A stretch of 64,000 nucleotides of DNA from the human T2T-CHM13v2.0 reference genome, Homo sapiens. The notes below the pieces were generated by a model. It searched no databases and was not told the DNA's origin. It saw only the letters and a program-made list of their open reading frames with translations. The position numbers and the translations under genes are program-made. Location: assembly GCF_009914755.1 (NCBI RefSeq), contig NC_060938.1; one strand, 5' to 3'. Of this stretch, positions 13,694 to 29,041 are shown piece by piece. Positions within the stretch are counted from its first letter, which is position 1. Every line of letters begins with the position of its first letter.

Positions 13694-14208
13694 AGAAAAC
13701 AATTAGTGGAAATGAAAATTTGTGTTTGTATTACCTGCAGCTTTCATCAATAAAGTGAACTTAATAAAACTTAAAACAATTAATTAATAAAAGATCTGGT
13801 CAATATTTAGCTTATATTTAGATTTTTAAAGAAATGTGAATTACGTATAGTGTATATACCACATACAAACCATCTCAGTTTTTCTTAATTGCCAAAATGA
13901 AAAGTTTACACACCATTTGGAATTATAGATCCACCTTCCCAATATTCTGAAGTATAATTTTTTCTATTACAAATAACATATTTATTTAATAATACAACAA
14001 TATTTAATGAGAACCTATTCAATGCAAAATATTGTCCTACGTATTAAGAACACAATGAATCAGGTATGGCCTCCTCATTCATGGAAATTAATTACATTTT
14101 TTTTCCAGACTTTTCATGTAGCTTCGCAATTCTTAATAAGTTAAAAGCTGTATTTTTATCATCACTCATTTAACATCTTTTCTTTTTTTCTTTCTTTTAA
14201 TTAGATTA

Positions 14209-14538
14209 GGCCAGCTGTAGGGCTCGTGCCTATAATCCCAACACTTTGGGCAGCAGAGGTGCTCGGATCTCTTGAACCTAGTTGTTAAAGACCCACCAAC
14301 CTGAGCAACATAGCAAAATAATGTCTCTACCAGAAAAAGAAAAAAAAAAAGAGCCAGGTGTGGTGGAGTGTACCTATGGTCTCAGCTACTCAGGAAGACC
14401 TACTTGCTGTGGTGGGAGGATCACCTGAGTCTAGGGAGGCAGAGGTTGCAGTGAGCCAAGATTGTGCCACTGCACTCCAGCCTGGGGGACAGAGCCAGGC
14501 CCTGTCAAAAAAAAAAAAAGAAAAGAAAAAAAAGAAAA
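14209..14538 (+). mobile_element. AluJ-like, diverged
   Basis: Dimeric Alu with J-type features (gcaacatagc, ggtgggaggatcac in the right arm, ccctgtc before the tail) and an A-rich tail. Confidence 0.88.
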
Positions 14539-15119
14539 GTCTCAAATGAGAGGAAAACAACATACTGAGTGAAGGAATCAACAAGCAAAACATTCTTGAT
14601 AATTTGTATTTGAAACAAAATTTTTCAAAATGAAATAAAGGAGGTGAATTTAGTAGTAGCTGAGTTAGACAGCTAGAGGTTTTAATTAAAAATACACATC
14701 CAATACCTACAAATTTACTAAAGAAGTAATGAGCTGCTTAGATGAGTAACATAAACCTAGAGTGTTTTCATTACAGAGTGGTATCTAGATTGAATTGGGG
14801 AGGTAAAAGTCTAGTGTTTCTTTTCTATGAGGACTGAGGGGTTGCTTCTGTTATTTAATCAAGGAAGAAACCTAAGGGTGATTGATTCAGTTCTAAGTAG
14901 CCCATTCTTAATAAAATAAACAATTCATTCAAAGAGAATCAAGAAGAGAATACAGGGACAACTAGGGGTTTTTTTTAGCATGGATAAAAAGGCGGGGGGG
15001 CAAACAGAATTTTTAGGAGTTGAAATAGATCACAGAAAAAATCAGAATAAATGTTAACAGATACATGAAATAAGATGAATACCAGTGATTTCCGAATAAA
15101 ATGGTAAATATTTTGACTT

Positions 15120-15235
15120 AGAAATGTTCTACCAATGACCTTTGAATATGGAATGGCCTACCTCAGTAGACTATAAATTTCCCTTTATTCGAGGTATTTA
15201 GTCAACACTTAAACAGCCATTTAGCAGGACTGAGA
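15120..15235 (+). mobile_element. L3/CR1 3' relic
   Basis: atggaatggcctacctcagtagactataaatttccctttattcgaggtatttagtcaacacttaaacagccatttagcagga resembles the CR1/L3 3' end. Confidence 0.45.
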
Positions 15236-16866
15236 TGGGTAGCTGCCCACAAGATGGTCATTTAAATTAACTTTCAGTCCCGAAACTGAACTGTGTAGGC
15301 TGCTATAAAACATTTGCCTGTCAAACTGGATTTGATATGTTAACTAATTTTAGATTAAATATGGTTTAAATACGGAGGAACTGGCACTTCAAAATTATCT
15401 CATAACATTAAAAAAGTTCCTCTTGAAAGGCCATATTTATTAAAAAGAATAAGGTCTTTCCAAATATAGTATTCATAAGGATGAATTCATCTCTAAGGTG
15501 GTGACCAGGAATCCAGACATTCTCAAATACCCTAGGTTATTCTGATGCAACGAAATACAGACCTTACAATTTGGAATGCTTTAAAGAGGCTGAAATTTCT
15601 CTCTGAAATTACCTCCAGGTCTATATAACAAAAGATGTAAAAACTTATCCTAAAGTCATAAGAAACATCTCTTTGGTCTTCTTCCTCCTCTGAGACTGGC
15701 AGCAGCATGCCTGATCCAACAGCCAGGATCTCTCTGGGGCAAGACTGAGAGACATCAGATAATGCGGATGGAGCGAAGTAGGATAGAATAATAACAGGAA
15801 ATATTCGAAGCATTTCAGGAAGTAGCTATCTTATTATAGTTGACTTTTGTTGACTACCACGAGGATAACTGGCTGCATGCCATGAATACAAATTGCCATT
15901 ATTCTAGGAACATTATTTATCTAAATGAACACTTTTGAAGTTACTGAAATAGTTTTACCCTGAAGTTGAAAAACAGATCCTCATGATCTTGTGAGTAATA
16001 TGAATTTGTTTACCAAGATCCATTTTCAAGGTAGTAAAAAATTAAGCTCCAATCTAACCCATTAAAATATTGCAAATATATCAAATTTCACTATAAAACG
16101 TTATCTTTATATTTAATTGCAGGCTCTCACAAAGACTTTCCAATGTATTTTTTTAAATGCTTTATCTGTATTGGGTAAATCACAGGTAATATTTTTTCAT
16201 GGAGCATTAGATTAGAAAATACTTTAGGGATTATTTCAATATCTCATATTATAGATAAATAAATGAAGGTGCAGAATGGAGATGGGGATAACATATGAAA
16301 GGTTATACAAATAAATAATCAAATACAATAAGATCCGTTACTTTTTTTACTTAGAATCATGAGATTAGAAAATAAAGTTTTTTTTAGTTGAATAATCATA
16401 TTACTTGGAATTAAAGGTAAAAAACGTTTTTAGATGGTGCATAAATAGTAATGATTAGTAATAAGTAATTGCTAATGAGAAATAATTTTCAGTTGTTACG
16501 ATTAAATATAGGCATGCTTACTTATGCCTCACAGCATACTTTCTACTGAGCCTACTGTGGAAAAGCTTTAAAAAGGAAAAATGCTTCCTGATTTTATTGG
16601 AAAAGGGCATCTTAAATTTTTTGAAACGAGACACACTTAATTTTCTCCTCTAATTTCAGAGCCAATTATACTTTATGCTTATATATTCATTCATAAGAAA
16701 GACACAGTAAAACCAAAGAAATATCCTTATAATAATCTTGGGCTTTGACATCCAAACATGACATCTACTGGTTGAACAGGGAAAGAATTCATAAATATAT
16801 ATATTTTTAATGCCTCAGGCATTTTAATTCTTCCAATAAGCATACCAAGAAAATTTTCTTACTCTG

Positions 16867-16956
16867 TCACATTCTAGTTTTATTCCTATACTATGTTGTT
16901 CCAATCTAACTTTTCACATTCTAGTTTTATTCTTATACAATGTTGTTCCAATCTAA
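16867..16956. repeat. 47-bp tandem duplication (2 copies)
   Basis: tcacattctagttttattcYtatacWatgttgttccaatctaa starts at 16867 and at 16914, with 2 mismatches. Confidence 0.9.
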
Positions 16957-18212
16957 ATATTTTCAGATTAACTAACCTAGAACTATATTCATTAACTGAA
17001 CTGGGAGGTAAATTTTGGAATCATCATGTATGATTATATGTAAATCTTGGATTTAAAAAATATCCCTAAAATATCTATATAGAAAAAATTTGTTTTTGAA
17101 AATTTTTATAGATTTATATAGAAATACTGGTATTTCATTTTGCAAAATGGTTTTGAAAAATGATTACATTGAGATTGCAAAATATAATTTTATGCATAAA
17201 GTTCAAACATAAATTAAAAACAATTATTATTCCCACTATGAACACTTAAAATGTGCTCGGATAAAGGAACTGATTTCAGTAAAGTCAATACAGATTTTGA
17301 AATAAAAACAAAATAAGGTATATAATACTGATCAAGACCACACATATCTTGCTTTTGAAAATAATTCACATTTTGGAAAATAGACTGTATGAATATAAAC
17401 TTAAAAGAATTACACAGGTTTATAGGACATGTTTGCAAATTTAGGGATATCTATCAATTTTTCACTTTGTAAAACAGACAATACATAGCTAATACATATT
17501 GCTTTCCTACGAGGTGCTGAGAAAATCTAGATAAATAAAATGAGCCCATTTTATTATCAGATTGCACAATCTCAGAAAAAAAAAACTCATACAGACAACA
17601 AATTCTGATACAGTTGGTGGCATAATTGACTCAAAACAAGAACAAATTTCTTTCTTTCATCTAGAAATGCTAGATGAAATTATGCCAAACCTCTTTTTAG
17701 ATGTATGTTTGCAAGCAAGAAAAAGAAGTCTCTAGGGATCAAAAAACACTGCTGAAAACAAGCCATTTAATAAGAGTTTGGGGAGAAAAATAGAGTGCTG
17801 TTGGTCTTTTTTACCATTGGGAGATGGATTTTCAGGCCCATGGGAGATAAGGTTAATAGACTACTGCAAGAAGAGAAGTTGGTAATGAGGCCACCACCTA
17901 TGACTAAAATCTAGAAAAGTTATAGTTTCAGACATAGGATATGCTAGAAAACATTTGACTCTCACCAGTATAGGAAGATGACAAAAATATTTATGTTACC
18001 ATAAAATTTTTTTGACTTTTGATACTGCTGGAGTGCTTGAAAAGAGCCAATGACAAATTGATCTTGAAAGACATGCTGTCAACTTAAAGCGCAGAGAATT
18101 CCTCTAAATCCCAATGATTATAAATTCACAAACATTTTGAATACACAAATACACAAGAAAACGTTCCACTGTGAGAGACTAACAAGGTAAATAAATAGTA
18201 AGATTAGACTTA

Positions 18213-18542
<330 letters not shown>

Positions 18543-21500
18543 GGAAATAGAATTTATAAGTATACTTAATAAGACCGAAGTCATACAATAGAAAAATATA
18601 AACGAACACCATGGAACATTCTATGAAAGAATAATTGATACTGTCTACTGGGACCAAAGAAAGGCTTCACAAGAGGAATGTCTGGCATTTTAACTGATCT
18701 TAAAGAAGAAAAAATCAAATCTCTCAGACAGAAAAGGTTGGTTCATGAAGGGATAAAAAAAGAGAAGAAATAAAGCATGTCCTTAGGTGGAGAAAAATGA
18801 ATATGTTATAGATACTTTAGAAACTACTGTAGGATATGGTACTGTTATAACATTCAGTGCCCACCTTTCCTACCAAACTGTGCACTTCTCAAGAACAGGG
18901 ATGGTATCATCAGCTCTCACCACTATGGCTGACGTAATCCATGTGCTTGCAGAATACAGGAAAAATATGTCAGTGCTAACTTGTGAAGCATCTTAGTGAT
19001 ATAAGATGTTGAATATTTACTCTAAAGTCCAGTTATTCTGAAATGATTTTAACCAGTCCTCATGAAAATGGGAGAAAAGATTTTATAGTGAATCCACTAA
19101 TTTTCATTTTTTTAGTGTGAAAACTGAGTGATGGCAAATAATTGGATAGGAACCAAATAATTTAAATGGCGGTAAGGAAAGAATTCCACAAAAGACACAC
19201 TTGCAAAGTATCAAAAATAATAAAACCTAATTTAAAACTTCTCATTTAAAACCTAATTTAAATGTATACTGAAATCCAAGGTGAACTTAAACGCCAATGA
19301 TGCACTGATTTGAAAAAAAAAAAGCCTTCTAAAAATCAGAAATCACAGCTCTAGAAGCTAATACATATAGCCAAACGATTTGAGAATCAAAGTCATATAG
19401 TGTTCACATACATAGACTGGCTAAGGCAGTGGGTTATGTGTTAAAATGTTAGGTAAAATACACAATAAAAATATACGCAGCTCTCTGTCATTCCTCCATA
19501 GGGCAAAACAGAACATGCAATTATTGGAACCAAAATTACATTATCTTCAAATTAATGAATCTTGAGTAATATTAATTAGAAAAGAAGAGAGAAAAAAATG
19601 TTGCTACAGAAACAGGCATTTTTCTAAATGTTTAATCAGGGAAACGATATAAATTTATTTTATGTTTTACAACAATAACTGCTGGGAAAGAAGCTAATGG
19701 ATTGAATGAGTGAGAAACCTTAGGCAGGAAACTAGTAAAAAAATACTGCCTATATAAAAAAAAAGATATGTGATTTGAGAAAATAAGAAAAGCTGATGAA
19801 TTCAAAAGTGATTGCGCATACTGCTGATCAACATGTGTCTTCTGACCGGATCCTGAGCGTAGACTCCTAAATTTTCAGTCTTGAGAGAAGAATGGTCACT
19901 AACGTCTCTAACTGAGAGGGAAAATGACTGTGAGTATCTCATCCTGGAAAAGGAGTCAAAAATTTCATTACCTCTTGAGATTCTGTCCTTCTGAAGGCTT
20001 ATTGTTTTAGATTCAAAGCCATATAAAAGTATGTGTCATGAAATTGGGAGCATAAAGAATACTTTGAGGAAAGTAAGATTTAATTCTGTCAAGTCAAAAG
20101 AAAATTCTAAAAAATAGCAATATACTCATCGCTGTTATCTATATTTGGCATTTATTTGTAGGGTATTTAATATTAGGTCTTATCATATTAAAAGTAAGTA
20201 ATACAGGAATTATTACCAATTTGATGGGTTCTACCTATTTCATTGGCTTGAAAGATACTAAATTAATATGAAGAGGGAATTTAAAAATGTTAAACATACA
20301 AGCAATACTTAAGAAATTAAACAATTGTATTTGATTTTAAAACCATATCTTGGAATTAAGATGAATGTCATAGCAGCAATAAAACTCAATGTCATTAATA
20401 GTTTGTTCAACAGTGATAACTTGTCAATATGTATGCAGGAAATAAAAACATAACAACTAATTAATACAACAGTGAAGTCAATGACAACATCTCTCAGTTG
20501 AAGATTCATTTTTAAAATGAATGCAAGATGTGTGTAACAATTTATAATCCAACTAAATCATTTAGGTAAAGCGCGTTTGTACTTGAGACAGAGAAGTGTT
20601 TATCAAAACTATGTCTTCCCATTTAGTAACAGCAAATATATTTTTCAATGACTAGTCATTATCACAACATTATTTTTAAATTGCAATATAGCTGGTGTAT
20701 TCATCCCTTACTTGAATTCATTTTCTTCTGCTCGAGGCAGAGCTGTACACATCACATTAAGGCAGACTACCCTGCGACCACACTTCAGCACTCAAGAGCT
20801 TCCTAAGAATTTATAGCCCTGGAAAGCAGGTTTACTGATTAGTTAAATAATAAAACTATTGATACATTGTCAGTCTTTACAAATCACTGGGATCTTTAAA
20901 GAAAGCCTTTAAATCTGCTTGGGCATAAGGTACAATTGCTTTGGTTACAATATTATGATTTCTCTTGTAGGTTATGCCTCTTCAAAATAAATCTGCTGAA
21001 AAAATAAATGTCTCATTTCCCAGAAATGATTTTATTTAAAACATTCTGTATCAAGTTAGTCTTCCTATTATTAATCTGGAAAACTTTTTTATGAAAATCA
21101 ATTTTAGCATTATTTTAAAAAAATTCAGTCACAAAAACAATACATTCAGCCAATATATGAATTTATGAACTGATAAATTTGTAATAATATGTCTAAAGCA
21201 TTTTTATGATGAACATATACCAAGTGAAACTGGGAACAAGCTTTATGGAATTTATGGCTGAATTCACTTATAAAAGGAAGTCTTGCCCAGTCATCTTTTT
21301 CTGATTCCTCTCTTGCATTTATAGATTCATCTTTTAGATTGCCTCTTCTTTGTAACTATTAGAGTTTATTCTAATAACATTGAATCTCACTCTTATCACT
21401 TCACACCAACAAAAGCTTTGTAACTCAGTATTTATTGAATAAATCAATCAATGAACTTTCCACATGATTTCACTTCTCCTATCCACTTTCTAGTGACTCA

Positions 21501-21862
21501 GCATGCCAATAACTGAATGTTTCTAAAGCCCCAGTTTCATCTTCACACACCTTGATCCCATAAACTAAAATACTTTCCTCCTGCAGTTCCTCTCTGCTTT
21601 CCAATTGTTATCTATCTTTTAATACCAAAATCATGACTATCCTTCCTTCCTTTAGTAACTCTTTGTTCTATGATAATTATTTACATCATAGTACTTAGCA
21701 TTTAATTACAAAAACATATCATAATTTTATCCCAATATGTAAGAATTCTGGAAAATGTTTTCTATAAAATCATTTTTATTTCTTGTTGAGGTCCTTTCCC
21801 AGATTTAGACATAATATAGTTGAAGCCAGTAGAGGGTACTGAACAATACAAAGCAACCACAC

Positions 21863-21958
21863 TATTTAAAATGTAAAAATCATTCTTAGCTCATGGGCCA
21901 TATACACACAGTTGGCCAGCTGAATTTGGCTCTGGGGTCACATGATTGCTAAACTCTG
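21863..21958 (+). mobile_element. MER58B 3' fragment (hAT-Charlie)
   Basis: aaaatgtaaaaatcattcttagctcatgggccatatacacacag...gaatttggctctggggtcacatgattgctaaactctg. Confidence 0.6.
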
Positions 21959-22409
21959 TTCTAAATTATTTCAGGATGTTACAGTTTGCAGTGTATTGTT
22001 ACTAGGTTCTTATCTGAGAGTTCAGAATATGCTAAGTTTACATCTAAAAAGTGTCTTTCTTAGGCTTGACCTGTCTGACGAATTGTTATTTTAAACAAAT
22101 ATGCCATTTATATATGTATGAACCATAGCTTTGGTGAAGAGTGAAAGTTAGCCACATAGAATCTCTAACTAGCAAAGTATAAAACTTGAAAGACCCCAAG
22201 CCTAGATTCCCTGTGCTAATTTGAATGATGTATATTTAACATTTATGTTACATCAAACCCCTAAAAAGGGAAAATGAATATTAGGAAGTTACATCTGATA
22301 GATTTGGTACCTCCTAAATGTGAATACTGGGTCTATGGAATTACTTGCTTGGAAACTTTGCTAATTATTCCTCAAGGTGAAGGTTATGAAAGGCCTATGA
22401 TTTATGTGA

Positions 22410-22807
<398 letters not shown>

Positions 22808-23808
22808 CATGATTATATAATTTGAGAGGGTGACAAATGCAAAAGTTACCTAATCATGCAATGAGTTGACAGGTTATTTGTGCTCCTATTTTTATTATTT
22901 TCGGAATTGACCATGTCATTCCAATTGTAAGTATTAATTTACAACTGAAAACTATTTATTTCATGAGTATGCAACACCCAAAGAAGAAAAAAAAAAACTG
23001 AAAAGATTGAGAAGTTCAATATTTCTAACATGTAATACCCAAATGTTGGCAAAAGTTTAATAAGTTTAACAAAGTTTAATAAAGTTTAACAGAATTTGTC
23101 TCCCACAGATAGATAATTAAAACTTAGTCCCAATTGCACTTTGTAGATGCAGTACAAGCAATACTTTTTAAATTTCTCTAGAACAAATTAAAAGAGATTT
23201 AAGATGTCATCAGCATATTTTTTTTAAAAGCCAAATTACTCTCATATCCTTTTTGGTATTCTATGCATTATTCTTTCATATACCAACATCAGTAAAAAAA
23301 ACAAACTTTGGTAAATAAAAACAGTAATATTTAGAACATTTAATGGACGTTTTAAAAATCACAAACTTAAAAACCCTTAGAAGAAAACTTCAGCTAAAAT
23401 AAGTGCTTATTTTCCTTGCTTAAATAATCTTATATAAGACCGGTTTAATGACAAATAATGACTAAGAAGATTCTATTTATCACGTGTACTTGAAATGAGA
23501 AAGAGTTAATCACTCTGGCAAATCTTTTCTTTCCTTAGGATTATTCATAAAATCCCTATCCTTATAACTACCTTCATTTTGATAAAGCGACTGCTGTTAC
23601 TAAATACAATACCTCCATGAAATGACCACATTATATTTTATCACCCTTTCAATAGTTAATTGTCTTAATTTATCTTCCTGTTTTTTAAATAAATTATAAG
23701 CTCCAGATGGCAAATATCTCTTCTTCATATATTGTCCCATCGGTTGAGGATCTGAAAGGAAATCAATTGTACTTAAAATAAAACTCTTTTTAAAAATCTC
23801 AAAATCTG

Positions 23809-24165
<357 letters not shown>

Positions 24166-24387
24166 TCAGGTACTTACTTCTTACAGAGTTGTTATCAGAA
24201 ATATGTTAAATTTTGTCAATTGAAAGAATATTTTTAAATTTGTTAATATTATCAGGGAAAATATCTCCCCTGAATAAAGCACTCAAATATGTACCACGTT
24301 TTTCAGTAGAACTTTGGAGGACAATTTCTTTTATAATTTTTAGTTATAATTTAGAAAAAAAATGTGTTTCATTCCAATTGCTTTTAG

Positions 24388-24698
<311 letters not shown>

Positions 24699-25010
24699 TA
24701 CTTTTGTTACTATAATTGAGAAATGTAATCAATTTAATTGTAGTCATATGAATAAAAACATTTTTAAATTTTTCATTAAATTTTTATTTAAGTAAATAAA
24801 AATGACTGGAGTAATCCATAGAATATCAAAAAATATCGATGGAATAACAATAAGTAATATAGAGCAAAATGGAATAATGTGTGTGTACATAACCCATAAT
24901 TCGACAAATTCCAATTAAGCTTTATGTTTTTTACAGTACTCAATCTTCAGAGATGCATTTAAAGAAAATGCCATATAGCAGGATTCTCATGATATACAGT
25001 TCATTTCCTT

Positions 25011-25088
25011 TATTAATATGTGTTAGCATAAAGAACGATAGCTATTAATATGTGTTAGCATAAAGAACGATAGCATAAAGAACGATAG
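25011..25088. repeat. Perfect 32-bp tandem duplication with a nested 15-bp duplication
   Basis: tattaatatgtgttagcataaagaacgatagc at 25011-25042 and 25043-25074. tagcataaagaacga at 25056-25070 and 25071-25085. Confidence 0.95.
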
Positions 25089-25697
25089 TAATTAAAATTA
25101 TGGCAACTTCAATTTTCTTTTCCTAAATTAAAAAAAAAGAAAGGAAGATCTTTAGACTTGTATGAAAACTTGTAACTTAGTCTTTTTATAATTTGCTTCA
25201 ATAATGTAAGTTCACATGAATATAATATTACATTATATAAACTAATTTCCTTTAGATACTTTTTAAATGTTTAGATATTCACAGAATGTATGTTTATAAA
25301 AATATATACTTGAAAAGTTATTTAAGTATAATGAGTTAAAATGATCTAAATTTAAAAATCATTTTTCTTCAATATTTTAAATATAGGATGAACATAAATC
25401 TAGTTTTATAACCTTTCCTAAAATCATCTTCCTGTATTAATACTTTATAACCACTAGAAAGGCAAAGATAATTAAAATAAGGCCCACGATGATGCCCTCC
25501 AGGCTTACTGCTAAGAATTAGAAACTAGAAAAATGATGATCAGATCCCAAGACTGTATAATTCACCAAGAATCCTGCCATTGGTTATTAGGAAACAAGTC
25601 ACTCAGACTGAAATAGGTGGGCAAACTACTTGGGTTTTCAGAAATAACATGGTTTAGTAATTACTTCATCCTTACAACATTATGTCTTTTTTTTTTT

Positions 25698-25966
25698 GAA
25701 ATTAAACTGTCTTTATTTGCAAATGACACGATTATCAGCACAGATAATCACGAGAAATATATAAAAAGATTTCTAGAACTAATAAGTTAGTTCAGTAAGG
25801 TTGTAAGCAATAAGATAAACAAAGGAAAATCAATTGTATTTGAATGTATCAACAATAAACATATGGACATTAAAATTAACAATACAATATAATTTATGTT
25901 CATTAAAAATATAAAATGCTTAGGCATAAATCTAACAAAACCCCCACAGTACTTGTAGGTGAAAAC
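25698..25966 (+). mobile_element. L1M ORF2 (RT) fragment
   Basis: gaaattaaactgtctttatttgcaaatgacacgatt (LFADDM-like)...ctagaactaataag...ttaggcataaatctaacaaaa. Confidence 0.75.
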
Positions 25967-26671
25967 ATATCTGTTTTACCAAACCATCAAATGTTCACTC
26001 CACACATACTCCACATCAGTTGAATGCTAACCTGATATATTTCCCATTGTAAAATTTCTCCCCCAGTTTAAGACACGTTCCACAAAAGTTCATGTCATTT
26101 GAGTAGAGTTCTGTCATAGAAAATCAAGAGACTTTACTCACAAAATTAATTAATAAATATAGGTAATCAGCAAAATAATAATAGCAATAGATTGATTTCA
26201 TTACTAGCAAGAAGTCTTTAAAAAAATTTTTTTTTGGTTCTCAAAATGACAAGTACTTTATGAATTGGGCTAGAATAAAAAGACATATCTGAAGATCCAA
26301 AAGGATCATAATACACAAATTATTATTTTTAAAATTATCTGATTAGTCTATATAATATACCTATCAGAACATTGGGCAAAATATAAGTGTTTAATAAATG
26401 TTAATCTCCCACTACACTTCCCTTGCCACCCCAACAACAAAAGAAAATCAAATCAAATAACATTCTTTGGGAAGATTTCCATAAGTTAATTTGATTATTG
26501 TTAACATATACAGAATTTGAGGGAATTTGAAAATTAATTAGACAATTTTAAATGAGTTTGCATTTATTTTCTTGAAACTTTAAAGAGGCATTATTTCAAC
26601 ACAATTATGTCACCCATGGCTTCTTTTTGACATTGTCCTACAGAACTATACAAAGTTCTACTGGTTTATGT

Positions 26672-26676
<5 letters not shown>

Positions 26677-26727
<51 letters not shown>
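26677..26727. repeat. (AT)~25 microsatellite
   Basis: Perfect AT dinucleotide run. Confidence 0.95.
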
Positions 26728-26728
<1 letters not shown>

Positions 26729-28755
26729 TTTTCTTGGACAATATAAAATAAATTCCTGCATTTAACAGATAAATACTGTTTCAACTTAAATGAATAACTC
26801 CTTGACTCTGAAATCCTGGATACACTTTGCAAAAAAATGATGAAAAATATGAGTAATACATGTCAAATTTTTTCTCAAAATAAGTTTAGTTAAGAATCTT
26901 ATCCAAAAATTCAAAAGGATTACTTAAATTTGCTGAAACGATAGTTTTTACACTTGGCATGCAAGTAGGAAATTGCCTAGGACTCAAAAAATGTTGGGAA
27001 ATAAAAACTATATTTTCATTTATGTTATACTTGGAATCTTCAAATTATCTATCCTCTTGTTTGTCTATTATAGAGATTTCCAAGGGGCCTTCATTCACCA
27101 CTACTCTAGCAAGTATTTAAGACACATACCAGAATTATGGTCCTGCACTGCTGTTTATAAATTACTCTTTTATAATTTACAACTAAAAACATGGACTTAT
27201 GGAGCAAGAAAAACCTTGATAAATGAAAATGGTATCTCAGTTTTATATAGGAATTTACAGCTCACAAAGAACTTTCACAAATATTAACTTAGTTCAGTCT
27301 TCACAGAGCTGAGGGAGGTCAAATACACAGAGGCATATTTCTTGGCTTGAACTGCCAATCTTAAAAGTTAATAAGACTATCATAATTACTGAACTGACAC
27401 GTACTACTGTCCTTGTCTGGTCTGCAAATCTTACCTCAAAAAGATCCAAATGGATATTTTGTCAGAAGGAAGAGAAGTTGCATAATTCACCTAAACATAC
27501 AAAGAAAGCTGGCATTCAAACTGAGAGGTTCTGTGTCTACCTTCCTTAAGGTATATTATATTAGGAATGTTAGGGTAAAATGAAACAATCAGAAATCCCT
27601 CCTTATGGAAATATTACAGCAAATGCTGTAAGAACGCAGAAAGAACACAAACCTACTTTTGCTTAATTTTATATTAAAAAAATCATTTCATTAATACACG
27701 GTGTATGTCAATTGTCATTACTACTTTTTTGTCAGTGGGTGAGGAAAGCACAAGGTCAAAATAGCTATGACATGCTGCATTTGGCTTTTGTCACAGTTAA
27801 GGCTCTGGGTCAATTTTGCGATTCTCTTTTGCTTGTACATAATACTCTGCAAACTACTGCTTCAAGAGTTATGCCACTTCATCTCCAGGTGGATAGTGTC
27901 AGAATTAAAAAAAAAAAAGAGTTATGCCACTTATTTCAAATCTCACAACCATATGTTTTACTGAACCAACTGTAGAGTATGTGAATTGGTGGCATGGAGA
28001 GCACAGATATTATCAGGAGTGCAGAAGAAATTCCACGGATGTTATTTAATGAGATGGAAGCAGAAAATGATTAATGTACATTATGCCCAATTCCTGAGAT
28101 CAGCACAAATCGCCCATTTTGTAGTGAGTGCACCTTTGTTACAAATCTCCCATGTTATAGGCACCGTGAGCACACTTTAGTTCTCTTACCAATCCAGCTC
28201 ACCCTACATATCCCGCACCTAAGAAATACTACTTGATTCCCTGCTGAAGACTCAATCCCTAAAGTATCTAGTCAATCATATAGAAACTCAATTGCTTATT
28301 TGCATGTGGGCCATAAAAGAAGCATAAATGTTATCTGTACTCCTCCTAAATACACAAGATATACAAAAGCATTTATAAGCCAATATGTAAAATAACCCAA
28401 AACTGTGATTATTTATTAGAACCCACATTCTTACAAGCCCCAAAACCTTTTCCTGCCTCTTTCTGGGAATCCCCAAGAGATTTCTCACATGTAATCACAA
28501 AGCCACTTAACATTAGGTTTTCCTGCCCTTCCTTTCTTGCTCCATCTTCCACCAGTCCATGATAAATGCCCACAAAGCTAGCTAGACAAAGCTAACCACT
28601 GTCTTCACCTTCACCATCGCCACCACTACCAGGTATTCTATCTCCAGAGGCTTCCAACACTTCCTTGAGTGTGGAATGCGGGGATCGGTTTGGCAGAAAG
28701 TGTTTGGGTTGACATGGAGAGTTGGGAGAAGTTGCGACACTTCCATTTTACTTGA

Positions 28756-29041
28756 CAGAACTGATTTATTCATTAGGCACAGGAGTCACAGCACCTAGGA
28801 CCTATGATAATTCAGAGGTCCAAGAAAATGTTTTAAATTTAATTCATTTTAAAATTGGAAGAAAAATGAACATAATAATACTAAATAAATAATAATAATA
28901 ATTGGGATTGTAGATCCTATTTATATAAATACAGTCATACATATATAATTTTAAATTTTGATGTATTACTTTATTTTTTAATGAAGGAAGTGGTCCACAA
29001 AGACAAAGGTGCCTATGGTTAAAAGTCATAATTTGTCCCTG
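28756..29041 (+). mobile_element. MER96B-like hAT-Tip100 element
   Basis: cag...gatttattcattaggcacaggagtcacagcacctaggacc...aagaaaatgttttaa...aaaggtgcctatgg...aaagtcataatttgtccctg. Confidence 0.55.

Noticed and set aside
25011-25088. Direct repeats of about 32 bp that superficially resemble a CRISPR array
   Set aside because: Head-to-tail tandem copies with no spacers, in a eukaryotic intron with no cas genes.
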